A DNA stretch of 34,372 nucleotides from a virus (lineage: Duplodnaviria; Caudoviricetes): positions 1 through 34,372 of IMG/VR virus record IMGVR_UViG_3300020043_001358, one strand, 5' to 3'. Shown piece after piece: positions 16,339-26,159 of the stretch. Numbering within the stretch: the stretch's first letter is position 1; each line of letters starts with the position of its first letter. Made by a program: the position numbers and the translations under genes. Under the pieces are notes generated by a model. That model ran no database searches. It saw only the letters and a list, made by a program, of their open reading frames with translations, and was not told the DNA's origin.

Positions 16339-16928
16339 TAGCTTAGTGTTATATTGATTGTATTGTTTACATTAGTTGCTTGAAAGAAAGTGTCCTCTAG
16401 TACCCCATCCACATAGATATTGAACTCAGTGATAGGATCACAATCCGCACCTCCACCACTGGCAGCTCCATTCTCAAAATCATAATCATCATAAGGGATG
16501 GCACACCAATCTTCCGCATCAAAGATATTCAAAGATAGTAGCATAGTCCATCCAGCCACCATGTCTTGCCCTTGATTGATGAAAGGATCTGTTGCTATCT
16601 CAGCTGTGACATCAGAAAATTCAGTCCATCTGTACTGCTGTAAAGTAGTCTTGATATCATTGCATATCAATAGGCAATCTGAATGGACCTCATTAATTTG
16701 TCTGTAGTTTGAAAGATTGTATTTGTCACAGATAGTGATGACTATATTTACTCTTACATAACCGGCACCCATTCCACCAGGTTGCAATGTTGCCACCATG
16801 AGAGGATACTCAGCAGCATCTCTGCTGATTGCATCAAGGAAGTCACCTTGAAAAAACTCATTTATTTGCCGATGCTGTGTTGCAATCTCTTGCAGCTCCA
16901 GCATTATTTGGTTTAGAGTCTTTTCCAT
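16338..16928 (-). CDS. Putative tail terminator / neck protein
   Basis: YPLM...PF...VAGW pattern; follows the adaptor gene. Confidence 0.55.
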   Translation of the reverse strand: MEKTLNQIMLELQEIATQHRQINEFFQGDFLDAISRDAAEYPLMVATLQPGGMGAGYVRVNIVITICDKYNLSNYRQINEVHSDCLLICNDIKTTLQQYRWTEFSDVTAEIATDPFINQGQDMVAGWTMLLSLNIFDAEDWCAIPYDDYDFENGAASGGGADCDPITEFNIYVDGVLEDTFFQATNVNNTINITLS

Positions 16929-16983
16929 TTAGGTATGTTTTGAGTTTGTCAATCTGTTTTTTACTAGCTGTGAATTTTTTCAT
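16858..16983 (-). CDS. Possible small basic protein, 41 aa (MKKFTASKKQIDKLKTYLNG...)
   Basis: ATGA overlap with the adaptor stop; bridges the gap and overlaps the next gene. Confidence 0.4.
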   Translation of the reverse strand: MKKFTASKKQIDKLKTYLNGKDSKPNNAGAARDCNTASANK

Positions 16984-17495
16984 ACTATCCATCCAAAAGG
17001 TTTGTATCCAGTCTGATCCTTAGTCACTGATTCATTGCACTCGTTATTGTCGCAACACAATAAGTATTCAGGATACTTGACTCCATTGTCATCTTTCAAG
17101 AAACCAATCAGTCTCTGCTTGTAAAAGTACGCATCTTTCCGTAGCATATCTCTAAGATGTACAGTTTCTGTATCTGTATTGGCTGTCATTGTTTCATCTG
17201 ACTGTCGGCCTACAGCTTTATTAGTTAGCTTTTCATTAAGTATTGCAGCTGATCTGAAGTCAACGAATGCCACAAGACAAGGAATCACATAGTCATTCAT
17301 CAGGAGCAAGTAGTCCGCAGTCCATGAGCTTGTTTCAACCCTATTCAATAGGGCCTTGTAAAGTGGTGTTCCAAGTGCTGGCTGCAAGTGCATATCTTGA
17401 GACCGCTTGATACTGACTGCCAATATCTTGACATCTGTATTCATGTGGATCAGTCCAAGTTTTTTAAGATTCTCAACAGATAAAAGATAGTTCAT
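16980..17495 (-). CDS. Putative head-tail adaptor
   Basis: Follows the portal; QDMHLQPALGTPLY, YVIPCL and YPEY motifs. Confidence 0.65.
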   Translation of the reverse strand: MNYLLSVENLKKLGLIHMNTDVKILAVSIKRSQDMHLQPALGTPLYKALLNRVETSSWTADYLLLMNDYVIPCLVAFVDFRSAAILNEKLTNKAVGRQSDETMTANTDTETVHLRDMLRKDAYFYKQRLIGFLKDDNGVKYPEYLLCCDNNECNESVTKDQTGYKPFGWIV

Positions 17496-17498
17496 GGC

Positions 17499-19466
17499 TT
17501 ATTGTTTTTTTATTACTAATTGTTGTACCCAAATATGTCGGCAATATGGAGTGCTCACTTTTGTATCAGGATTCGTATACCATCCACCTCTGTAATTCCA
17601 TACATTGCGATCTACTCTTGAGCTGATATTATTTATCTCATCCCTTGTGTAAAGTCTATTCAATGACAATAGTCTCAGACAAAAGTCTCTTGACTTAGTC
17701 AATACCTTTGGAACACCTGGTCTTTCCTTGTATGTGTATACGACCATAAACTGATCAATGGGAGCTGGAGCTTGGTCCAGCAATTGCTTTCCCAAATCAG
17801 TCACCTCACCTTCAAGCAATAGTTCAAAGGCAATCAGTCTCTCAGTTGACTTGGCCACCTCTTCAATACTTGCACCAGTTGCTGTAGATATTGCAGCTGC
17901 ATCCTCACCATCAATAAGCATTGATAGAATTGATTTCTCAAGTCCAGATATATTAGCTTTCACCTCACCAATAGTGGCAAACATCATCTCTTCTTTGCTG
18001 AATACCTCATCTGATGGTGTATCCCATTCAATGATATTAGTCTTTAGGACCTTGTAATCTTTGGAATCCACACCATATTCAGAAAATATCTGTATCTCAT
18101 CAGCTGAGAATTCGTGTTTATGGTCACATGATGATAGTGTAGTCGTTGGCAAACCTACAATTTTGCGAGCTTGTTCCTCTGCAATTGTTGGGAATGATGC
18201 CAATACTATCTGCAATGCAGCATCAGGAGTCAATATTCCTGACTTAATACTAGCAGCCACCTCAACAAGTGATGCAATTTGAGCACCATTTAACGCACTC
18301 TTAGCTACGTCTACTTGTGCTGCATCAGTTGCCCCCACACCATCAGCTGTAGGAGCTGCAATTGGAGCAGCTGTCTGAATATTTATAGGTTTCACATCTA
18401 CTAATTTAAGTGATCCAAGATATCCGGATAGCTTGACCATGTAATTAATCAGCCATTCAATCTGCTTCTGCCTTGAATTAATGTAGGTAGCCTTGTATAT
18501 TTCAAACAAATCAGCCGTTTCAGCTGCATTAAATGAGCCATTCGGAGCAATACCAAACAATGATGGAGCTACCACTGAATGAGCTACAAGGATATTCTGC
18601 TGCACTGATTTCTCAGTCATCAAATATCTTTCATGTAGGTTATTACCATTCAATGGCAATACTGTTGGTGCCTCATCAGCTCCATTGCTGAATGTGATGA
18701 TTATCTCACCAGCATCTTCAACAGATTGAGTGCGGCCCTTGATTTGTTCTTTAATCTTTCTTTCCTCTTCAGCTGTCTCAGGCTCACCACTAGCTAGGTT
18801 GATCAATGTACCAGCCTTGAATCCATTCTGTAATTCGTACATATGGAACTTAGAGATGTCAACATCAGTCTGAATAGCTGTAATACCACCATAGTATGGA
18901 GGCTTAGGATAGATTCCTTTCTCTCCTTTAGCTTGCTTAGATGGCTCTTTATAGTACAGCATGAATGATCCAGTGCGATTGTTCTCATCTAGTGCTGGAT
19001 AGCTTCTATAATTAGTTGTTTCAGGAGTCTGCTGCAATGCTGACCAGTCATCAGATACATAGTACAGTCTCTCATCCTCAGTCATTCTGATGAGATCAAT
19101 ATCCATGTGCTCCCATCTAGCCACCTTGGTACCTTCTCTGTTCCAAGTACCTACCACAGCCATTGCACCAAAGACCTCAAAGTCAAAGGCCATACGCTGT
19201 GCAATCTCATTCATATCAAAGTCAGAGAATGGATTTGCAAGGAATGCAGTCAAGTCACCGCTTACAGTCTCAAGACCGCCACCAGCTATGTAGTATGTTT
19301 TATTCTTGATGATACCTTGATGCCATGCAGATCCTTGCAGCATCTCAATCAAAAAGAATGGATAGTCATTTTTCTTACCCCATTTGATGAATCCTCGCTG
19401 GCGATCCTTCTCCTCAATAGGCTGAAGGTATTGCTTGCTGAATGATAGGCTGGTGATCTTACTCAT
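17499..19466 (-). CDS. Portal protein with a long C-terminal extension
   Basis: WGKKNDYP, AFDFEVFG, YPKPPYYGG, NGF and ILVAHSVVAPSLFGI motifs. Confidence 0.8.
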   Translation of the reverse strand: MSKITSLSFSKQYLQPIEEKDRQRGFIKWGKKNDYPFFLIEMLQGSAWHQGIIKNKTYYIAGGGLETVSGDLTAFLANPFSDFDMNEIAQRMAFDFEVFGAMAVVGTWNREGTKVARWEHMDIDLIRMTEDERLYYVSDDWSALQQTPETTNYRSYPALDENNRTGSFMLYYKEPSKQAKGEKGIYPKPPYYGGITAIQTDVDISKFHMYELQNGFKAGTLINLASGEPETAEEERKIKEQIKGRTQSVEDAGEIIITFSNGADEAPTVLPLNGNNLHERYLMTEKSVQQNILVAHSVVAPSLFGIAPNGSFNAAETADLFEIYKATYINSRQKQIEWLINYMVKLSGYLGSLKLVDVKPINIQTAAPIAAPTADGVGATDAAQVDVAKSALNGAQIASLVEVAASIKSGILTPDAALQIVLASFPTIAEEQARKIVGLPTTTLSSCDHKHEFSADEIQIFSEYGVDSKDYKVLKTNIIEWDTPSDEVFSKEEMMFATIGEVKANISGLEKSILSMLIDGEDAAAISTATGASIEEVAKSTERLIAFELLLEGEVTDLGKQLLDQAPAPIDQFMVVYTYKERPGVPKVLTKSRDFCLRLLSLNRLYTRDEINNISSRVDRNVWNYRGGWYTNPDTKVSTPYCRHIWVQQLVIKKQ

Positions 19467-19827
19467 ATATGTTATTTATTATTGTCGTATGGAATTCATT
19501 TGATGGTGAATCATCCTCCCAGACATGTGCTCTACCCTCCTCACATAGTCCATCAGCTAGTTCCGGATCTAAGTTGCTGCTAGATGTCTGCTGATAGATT
19601 CTGTATGTGTAGAATCCAGTATATGGGAATGTCACATCCACCTCATCAGTGATCTCAAACTCATCAAATCTTTGCGTAGATGTTGAGATGTTTGGCAAGA
19701 TGCAATATACCTTTTCAAAGGATTGCTCCTCTTCAAATTCAAATAGCCAATAAGGGGCTGCTATCGTTTGCAGTTCCGTTACTGTCACTATCAGTGTTGA
19801 TGTCTGATATCTCTCTATTCTTAACAT
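19459..19827 (-). CDS. Hypothetical structural protein
   Basis: YWLFEF...GFYTYRIYQQTSSSNLDP; overlaps the portal start. Confidence 0.7.
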   Translation of the reverse strand: MLRIERYQTSTLIVTVTELQTIAAPYWLFEFEEEQSFEKVYCILPNISTSTQRFDEFEITDEVDVTFPYTGFYTYRIYQQTSSSNLDPELADGLCEEGRAHVWEDDSPSNEFHTTIINNIYE

Positions 19828-19978
19828 CTATCTTTTTTATTTTAAGACCTACTGGCTCAAAGATGTGCAGCAGTCCAAGTTTAATGTAAAGCTCCTCATT
19901 CCCCTCCTCAATGATGAAATATCTATTCACCAAGTTACTCTTTACTTTTGCTCCAATGAATCTCTTTTGTATTTTCAT
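19739..19978 (-). CDS. Small hypothetical protein
   Basis: Fills the 19827-19978 gap; overlaps the downstream gene by 89 nt. Confidence 0.5.
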   Translation of the reverse strand: MKIQKRFIGAKVKSNLVNRYFIIEEGNEELYIKLGLLHIFEPVGLKIKKIDVKNREISDINTDSDSNGTANDSSPLLAI

Positions 19979-19992
19979 GGCTCTAATTTAAT

Positions 19993-20030
19993 AAAAAAAG
20001 GGAAAGGAATACTCATCCTCTCCCCTTCTT
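19993..20030 (-). terminator. Intrinsic terminator after the tail tube gene
   Basis: GGGGAGAGGA...TCCTTTCCC followed by T7. Confidence 0.75.
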
Positions 20031-20050
20031 AGTTTATGAGTAGGCAGATA

Positions 20051-20584
20051 TTAAACTACTGGAGATTGTTGAGTCAACAAAGTAGCAATGATACCAGCTG
20101 CTACATCCGGCACCTCATTGTTTTCAAGACCAGCTAAAACGATTGTGTGACCGTTTCTGTCTGACTTGATAACTCCTGAAGTGTATTCAGATGCATCATT
20201 CACTTGAAGACCTTCATCAAGTCCAAGTGCTACATAGTTACCATCAGCTTTCTCAACAAGGCAAACTACCTCATTCTGTGCAAGCAAGTGGATCTCAGCA
20301 CGTAGCTCCTTTGTGTCTGATGCTAGGATCATGTTCAAAGTTTGCTCATACCAAAGTGTCCCATTATCCTTGTTCACTCGGATTGGTGCAGTATAGCTGG
20401 AAAGATTTGATTTCAATTTGTACTGGAATACCTCACCAGTGACAGTCAATGTAGTAATTTCATTGCCAGTCAAAGTTGGTCCAGTAGCGATTGCGGAAAG
20501 TGGGAATAAAATAACAGACTTGATGCCACCCTTTCCATTGGTGCATGTTCTGTCATTAAACCCAGTTGTCATATTACATGCCAT
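20051..20584 (-). CDS. Major tail tube-like protein
   Basis: MAC...C...GGIKSV, NGTLWYEQTL and DRNGHTIVL; follows the capsid gene. Confidence 0.65.
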   Translation of the reverse strand: MACNMTTGFNDRTCTNGKGGIKSVILFPLSAIATGPTLTGNEITTLTVTGEVFQYKLKSNLSSYTAPIRVNKDNGTLWYEQTLNMILASDTKELRAEIHLLAQNEVVCLVEKADGNYVALGLDEGLQVNDASEYTSGVIKSDRNGHTIVLAGLENNEVPDVAAGIIATLLTQQSPVV

Positions 20585-20595
20585 CTCTTCTGTAT

Positions 20596-20623
20596 TTTTA
20601 AAGGGGAGACCTCAGCCTCCCCA
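20596..20623 (-). terminator. Hairpin after the major capsid gene
   Basis: GGGGAGGC-TGAG-GTCTCCCC-TTT; short U tract. Confidence 0.55.
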
Positions 20624-20633
20624 TTGTTTTTAA

Positions 20634-21605
20634 TTAGTTAGGTGATCCAGTTCCGTTCCAAACTCCGATTTGATCCAAGAATGGTACTTGTACCCCAGCT
20701 CTGAACTTAGATCTGATGTATATGACATCATCATCCTGGCTAAACCAAAGATCATAGTTATCAAAGTCAGAAGACAAGTCAGTTCCGAATACGAAATGAG
20801 ATGCTTTACCAGTGTAGATATTGTCAAGACCATTAAGTCCTGGTACCTTCACCACTCGCATATCTGTACCTGGTACAATGATCTCCTCCATTGTAGCAAT
20901 TTGTGCTGGAGAATAATGGAAGAAATTAAGGTCTACCAAGTTCTTCATCAAGTAGTTGAAGTTCTCACGCCCAGCGAAACAAACGAAATCAGCAGATTCT
21001 GCTACAGCTTCAGGTGTGTTTGTGAAACACTCATAGAATACATCATATGCATTAGATGCATCAATAGATGCTACAGCTGAAGTATTCAAGTTCACACATC
21101 CGTTAGCAGTAGTCAAGAACTGACGATATCCATTCATCCACTGAAGGTTACCAGTACCAGTTGCTTTGTTACCTTTCCAGATTAACTTGTCTAACTCAAG
21201 AGCATGAAGGCTCAAAAGGTAGTTAGTGATTTGTGCTTCGAAAGGAAGATTTTTATCTTCAGCAGATGCACCTGGAGTCAAAGCCAATTGTGTCCAAAAA
21301 CCAGCAAGGTCTTTTTGACAAAATCTCTTCATGTATCCAAGAGTCTCAACAGCGATTGCACGATCAGTGAAGATAGTATCTCCAGCTGGAGTCATTTCAC
21401 AATCACCAGCTTGGTAAGTCAAGGTGTCATCAAGTAATTTAATCTCTTCAGATCCTTTGATACCTTCTTGGATAGTGATGTAACGCAAAGTTTTTGCTTC
21501 AGTTACTGATCTAGTGATCAGGTCTTCTCTTTGCTCATCTACGTATGCTGCCAATCCTGACACATCGTAGTCAAATTTTTGTTTGATAAACTTTTTTAAG
21601 CTCAT
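20634..21605 (-). CDS. Major capsid protein
   Basis: 323 aa after protease and scaffold. IWKG, FVFGTDLSSD and KFRAGVQ patterns; followed by a hairpin. Confidence 0.8.
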   Translation of the reverse strand: MSLKKFIKQKFDYDVSGLAAYVDEQREDLITRSVTEAKTLRYITIQEGIKGSEEIKLLDDTLTYQAGDCEMTPAGDTIFTDRAIAVETLGYMKRFCQKDLAGFWTQLALTPGASAEDKNLPFEAQITNYLLSLHALELDKLIWKGNKATGTGNLQWMNGYRQFLTTANGCVNLNTSAVASIDASNAYDVFYECFTNTPEAVAESADFVCFAGRENFNYLMKNLVDLNFFHYSPAQIATMEEIIVPGTDMRVVKVPGLNGLDNIYTGKASHFVFGTDLSSDFDNYDLWFSQDDDVIYIRSKFRAGVQVPFLDQIGVWNGTGSPN

Positions 21606-21613
21606 TTTTCTAG

Positions 21614-22339
21614 TTATTTAATTTGTGATTTAAGGAATAACTGTCTTGCAGTCATTGTACTATTTACTCTTGCGAATTTCTCGCTCTCAGTAGTGCTGTT
21701 TGATGGCATTGCCTTGAATGATTCGAAGTCATTTTTCATTGATGACATCTCTGTGCGTAGTGTCTCATTCTCAGTTACAATAGTCTGCATCATTTCTCCT
21801 AAAGACTCGATAACCTTAGAGAATGATTCCATCTTTGTACTTACAATTAACTCTACATCAGCTGCACTCATTGATTCTTTTGCCATTTCTTGCTCATTGA
21901 TAGCTGCTATCACTGCTGCTGCAATGTCATAAGCTGCGCCCATCTCAATGTTCAAAGTTGCTGCGATTGCCTCTGTAGCTTTCTCTAAAGCTGCTGGTAT
22001 CTCTTCTGAAGATATAGCTTCGAAGTCTGCTGATGCAGCCTCTTCTGTAGCTCTCTCATCAATTACCTCTACCACTACACCATTGGCATCAGTGATGATC
22101 TTAATTCCAGTGAATTCGCCACCTAGTTCATGTGTACCTTCAGGAGCTGGAATCTGCTCACCATCAGCAACAATAAATACAGTAGTGCCTACTGCTAGCT
22201 CACCTTCATATGATACAGCTGTACCATCCAAAAGCACTGCCTCACCAAATACTTGAGCTTCAGCAGCCTCAGTAGATGTTGAAAACATTGCTTTCATGTC
22301 AGCAATTGCATCCATTACTTTTTTGAAGTTCTCGTTCAT
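21614..22339 (-). CDS. Scaffolding-like protein
   Basis: Acidic; LLDGT...PAPEGTHEL...DANGVV and a coiled-coil C-terminus; between protease and capsid. Confidence 0.65.
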   Translation of the reverse strand: MNENFKKVMDAIADMKAMFSTSTEAAEAQVFGEAVLLDGTAVSYEGELAVGTTVFIVADGEQIPAPEGTHELGGEFTGIKIITDANGVVVEVIDERATEEAASADFEAISSEEIPAALEKATEAIAATLNIEMGAAYDIAAAVIAAINEQEMAKESMSAADVELIVSTKMESFSKVIESLGEMMQTIVTENETLRTEMSSMKNDFESFKAMPSNSTTESEKFARVNSTMTARQLFLKSQIK

Positions 22340-22346
22340 TTGATTG

Positions 22347-22964
22347 TTATTTAATTATACTATGTTTTATTGTTCCATTTAATTCATTCAAGGCATCAAA
22401 TATCTTGGCCATCATCTCAGTCTCAAGAGTGCGATCAGTTTCAGTCATCACAAATACCCCCTCAACAGAATAGCCAGTCCATTCACCAGCCTTTGCCTTT
22501 GCCCACACCTCTGGATCAGTCACCTTGTAGCTAGTGATCCATGATCCATCATTCACATCCTTGAATCTTTCAGGAGCTGTGAATCCTTTTTCATTATCTA
22601 TCTGGTAGCTGTGGATCATGTGAATACCCTTCACCACATTGGATGAATTGTGCTCAATATTTACATTGTTGAAGTTGCCTCTTCTAGCATAATCAAAGAT
22701 AATATCCTTGATTGCTTTCTTTGTGAAGACTACATAATACTCCTCACCACTATTAGGATCATGTCTATAGATTGGTGTATCCGCAGATATAGCCACCCCA
22801 GTGATAACTTGCTCCTCATCATTGAACTGAAATTTCTTTTGCTGTGAGAATGTCTGAAAGCTAATCTCATGCGCTGGATCAGCCACAAGTGAATTAAACT
22901 CTACAGATGTATCCTCTTCATTGAGATCTATTCCAATCTCATATATAGGCAAATCTTTCATCAT
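22347..22964 (-). CDS. Prohead protease (XkdF-like)
   Basis: SLVADPA, PIYR, NIEH, GSW and GYSVEG motifs. Start revised to MMKDLP. Confidence 0.8.
   Translation of the reverse strand: MMKDLPIYEIGIDLNEEDTSVEFNSLVADPAHEISFQTFSQQKKFQFNDEEQVITGVAISADTPIYRHDPNSGEEYYVVFTKKAIKDIIFDYARRGNFNNVNIEHNSSNVVKGIHMIHSYQIDNEKGFTAPERFKDVNDGSWITSYKVTDPEVWAKAKAGEWTGYSVEGVFVMTETDRTLETEMMAKIFDALNELNGTIKHSIIK
22358..22376 (-). promoter_or_regulatory. Late-gene motif, copy 3
   Basis: GGAACAATAAAACATAGTA, 18 nt before the scaffold ATG. Confidence 0.6.
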
Positions 22965-22970
22965 ATTAGA

Positions 22971-22989
22971 TAATATGTATTTTTGTTCC
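22971..22989 (-). promoter_or_regulatory. Late-gene motif, copy 4
   Basis: GGAACAAAAATACATATTA, 6 nt before the protease ATG. Confidence 0.65.
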
Positions 22990-23631
22990 ATGTTATTTGT
23001 TTACCCACATAAAAAAAGCAAGGACATCAGTACCATTGAGCACTCAATCAGATGGGCCTTGAAACAATATCCTACAGCTGAGATCTACATCATTGGTGAT
23101 ATGGTGCCCGGATACAATAATCTAACACCTGATGCAAGGTCACCCATCAGAGGATGTGACGTGACTCACAAGCTGCTGACATTTGCAAGGAAGGTCAAAG
23201 GTGATTTCATCTACATGAATGATGATTTCTTTATTGGTCCTAAGTTCAATCCGGATATAGTGATGTCTAATGGTAATCTAGCAATCAATGACAGCCATGC
23301 ACCAACATATCAGGAGGCTTGTCAGAATACAATGGATGCACTCAAAGCAATGGGATGCAGCACCATCAACTTTGAATGTCATGCACCAGTAAAGATGAAT
23401 AGTCAGCTGCTGATAGATCTGTTTGACTCAATATCTTGGGATGGCCATAATCACTTTGTCAAATCTCTGTATCTAAACTACTATCAGATAGCTCATTCAC
23501 CTGGTCAAAATGTTAAGATAGCTAATGACACAAAAAAGGCCCAGCAATTACTGGACCTCTATGGCTCATTCTCATGCTCAGATCAGTGGATGAGAGGGAA
23601 CACACAAGTTAAATTCCTTACCACACACTGA
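22990..23631 (+). CDS. Stealth-like (hexose-phosphotransferase-like) protein
   Basis: IEHSIRW and DFIYMNDDFFI motifs, ECHAP. Start revised to ATG 22990 to avoid overlapping the protease. Confidence 0.65.
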   Translation: MLFVYPHKKSKDISTIEHSIRWALKQYPTAEIYIIGDMVPGYNNLTPDARSPIRGCDVTHKLLTFARKVKGDFIYMNDDFFIGPKFNPDIVMSNGNLAINDSHAPTYQEACQNTMDALKAMGCSTINFECHAPVKMNSQLLIDLFDSISWDGHNHFVKSLYLNYYQIAHSPGQNVKIANDTKKAQQLLDLYGSFSCSDQWMRGNTQVKFLTTH

Positions 23632-26098
23632 GCTTGTTCTGTATAGCCACGTTATTCTGTGTGCTAGTAATATCTGATTCAAGGACATACACCTGATTGA
23701 CTCCAGCTGATTGCTCCGCAGCCAATGCTGTAAGATCAGTCTGCTGTGTGTTAGTGTTGGCATTCTGCCCACCCAATGCAGCTGATCCAGCTCCAGCAGA
23801 TACACCTCCACCAGTGTCAAAGGTTGGTGCAGTGCCTGACTGATACTTAGTTGATGCAATGGCAGCAATCTGAGTAGCTCCAATCAAAGCAGCTGATGCA
23901 ATGGCAGCTATACCAGCTGGTGATGGAGGAGGACCAAACTGAGCAATACCCTTCACAATAGCTGCTGCTGTATCTATTGCAGCTTGACCGATTCTCAGAA
24001 TCTTGTCACGTTCAAACTGTCTCTTTTTAATAGCCTCTAATGCATTGAAGTTCTTTAGCTCAATCTGATACTTAGCCTCTGCATAGTTTTGATCTATAGC
24101 GGCCTTCTGTTCAGCTGTCAGATTAGTATCTTCTAGTTCCGCTTTATGCTTTGCATCCAATGCAGACAGCTCATCATTTGCTCTTGACTGCATGTTCTCT
24201 ATTCTCGCATCTTCTAATGCGCTAAAGGCATCATTCAAGGCACTGAATTGGTCAAAGATAAACTGAGCATTGTCCAGTTGTTTCTGAATCCTTTCAACAG
24301 CATATTTATTCTGAATCTTATTGATCTCTTGTTGCTGTTGCTCCTCAAGTTTTGTGATATCAAGGCCGTATTGTTTGGCACCTTCAATCAGTTTGAAGTA
24401 TTTGTCTGTGACTGCTTGCTCTTCTGTCTGCTGTTGAGTGAGTAATGCTGCATTGTATTCATCAAAGAATGCCTCTTCTGCTGCAATCTCTTCCCTTCTC
24501 AGTGCCTCTTTGCGATTGAATTCAGCTATATCAATATCTCTTTTTTCTTTGGCTCTTTTTTCATCATTGGCTCTTTGAATATCATCGTATTTATTGTCAA
24601 TAGTATTCAATGAATCTCTTAATGCATTGCGTAAAGTAGTGGAATCATGCCCATTTTTCTCAGCTAGATCTATAAGTTCTTTGTATTTTTTTGTTTCACT
24701 TATAATTTCCTGATTCCTTAATGACTCACCAGCTAGAGCATAGGCATCCTCAGCCTCTTTGACCTTAGCTAGATCTTGCTTTCTTTGTTCAGCTTGTTTC
24801 TTGCCAGCCTCTCTAGCTTTGTCTGCCTGATCTTTCTGTACTTTCTCTGCGTTCTCTGCTACCTTCTTTGCGTTATCATTTACTTTCTTAACATTCTCAG
24901 CCGCATCCAATGCTCTCTGCTGCTTGATGTCTGCATAGTAATCTTTAGCTTGTTGGCCCAGCTGGACATATCTCTCTCTAGATGTTTTTAATTGTTCTCT
25001 GATACTAGCAGCTTCCTCCTCATTGCCTTGATCAATCATCTGCTTATATCTCTTGCTCAGATTCTGGAATGCATACTGTTCCTTGACTCTTGCATCTTGC
25101 ATGGCCTTCGCTAATGTTTCAAGGTTGGCAATCTCTTGAGCTGTGATCTCAGCATCTGTGGCACCAGCCGCCTTCAATAATGCAATCCTATTATCTTGAT
25201 ATTTCTTTAAGGCACTGAATGAATTGTCTAATGCTTTGCGGCCATTCTCAAGACTCTTGTTGAATTTCTCATTTGATTCCGCAGCCTCCTTGCTATTGTC
25301 ACTGAATGCAATGAATGCTCCAGCTATGGCAGCGAGTGCAGCAATGATCAGGAAGATTGGATTCGCTTTCATCACAGCATTCAAAGCCTTCATGGCCAGT
25401 GTGCCTAGATTAGTAGCAACAGCAGCAGCCTTCTGACCTACACTCATGGCTGTAGTGGCCACAGCATTACCAGTTGTTACAGCTGTATTCTCAACGATGA
25501 ATGCATTCTGAATCTTCTGAGCTACATTCCTGAGCTGAATCCCTAAGATGGCATCCTTATTCAAGTTGTTGGCAACAGTGCTCACAGCATTCACCACACC
25601 TTGCACAGCTTGGAGCTTGACCATTGTCTGCACCAATTGCTCAGACTCAACTCCAGTCAATGCAATAGCTGACTGAAAGCCTCCAAAGATAGCAGCTCCA
25701 GTTTCTATACCGGCAAGAGTAGTATCAAGGCCCACAAAGTCAGATGATAGCGCTGTGGTAGCAGCTTTCAGATCACCTATCTCATCCTTTAAATTCGCAG
25801 CATTCTGAATGGCTTGAGCACCCACTGGTGACTCAACCCCAGCTTGAGCAGCAATAGTCTGATATTGCTTCATGACCTGAGTCATCTCACGCAATGATAG
25901 ACCGCCAGCCTCAACTCTTGTATTCAGCTCCTCTAACCTTGTGGCAAAGTCATCTAGTCCAGTGCCTGATGCAGCTGTCTTCTGTGCTGATTGTAGATCC
26001 TTGTTAAGATTATTGACTGCCTTGTCAAATGATTGCACATCTTGTACACTATTGCCAGTGTCAACTCTGAGTGAAAATACTGCCTCTTTATTTGCCAT
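23618..26098 (-). CDS. Tape measure protein
   Basis: Long Ala-rich helical protein with KANPIFLIIAALAA and a coiled-coil middle; C-terminal VYVLESDITSTQ. Start revised to MANKE. Confidence 0.85.
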   Translation of the reverse strand: MANKEAVFSLRVDTGNSVQDVQSFDKAVNNLNKDLQSAQKTAASGTGLDDFATRLEELNTRVEAGGLSLREMTQVMKQYQTIAAQAGVESPVGAQAIQNAANLKDEIGDLKAATTALSSDFVGLDTTLAGIETGAAIFGGFQSAIALTGVESEQLVQTMVKLQAVQGVVNAVSTVANNLNKDAILGIQLRNVAQKIQNAFIVENTAVTTGNAVATTAMSVGQKAAAVATNLGTLAMKALNAVMKANPIFLIIAALAAIAGAFIAFSDNSKEAAESNEKFNKSLENGRKALDNSFSALKKYQDNRIALLKAAGATDAEITAQEIANLETLAKAMQDARVKEQYAFQNLSKRYKQMIDQGNEEEAASIREQLKTSRERYVQLGQQAKDYYADIKQQRALDAAENVKKVNDNAKKVAENAEKVQKDQADKAREAGKKQAEQRKQDLAKVKEAEDAYALAGESLRNQEIISETKKYKELIDLAEKNGHDSTTLRNALRDSLNTIDNKYDDIQRANDEKRAKEKRDIDIAEFNRKEALRREEIAAEEAFFDEYNAALLTQQQTEEQAVTDKYFKLIEGAKQYGLDITKLEEQQQQEINKIQNKYAVERIQKQLDNAQFIFDQFSALNDAFSALEDARIENMQSRANDELSALDAKHKAELEDTNLTAEQKAAIDQNYAEAKYQIELKNFNALEAIKKRQFERDKILRIGQAAIDTAAAIVKGIAQFGPPPSPAGIAAIASAALIGATQIAAIASTKYQSGTAPTFDTGGGVSAGAGSAALGGQNANTNTQQTDLTALAAEQSAGVNQVYVLESDITSTQNNVAIQNKLSVW

Positions 26099-26108
26099 GT
26101 CGTTATTC

Positions 26109-26134
26109 AAAAAAAGGCTAGTCACCCAGCCTTT
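26109..26134 (-). terminator. Intrinsic terminator just upstream of the tape measure gene
   Basis: AAAGGCT-GGGTGACT-AGCCTTTTTTT. Confidence 0.75.
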
Positions 26135-26159
26135 GTAAAGTTAATATTTTAACAGTATA

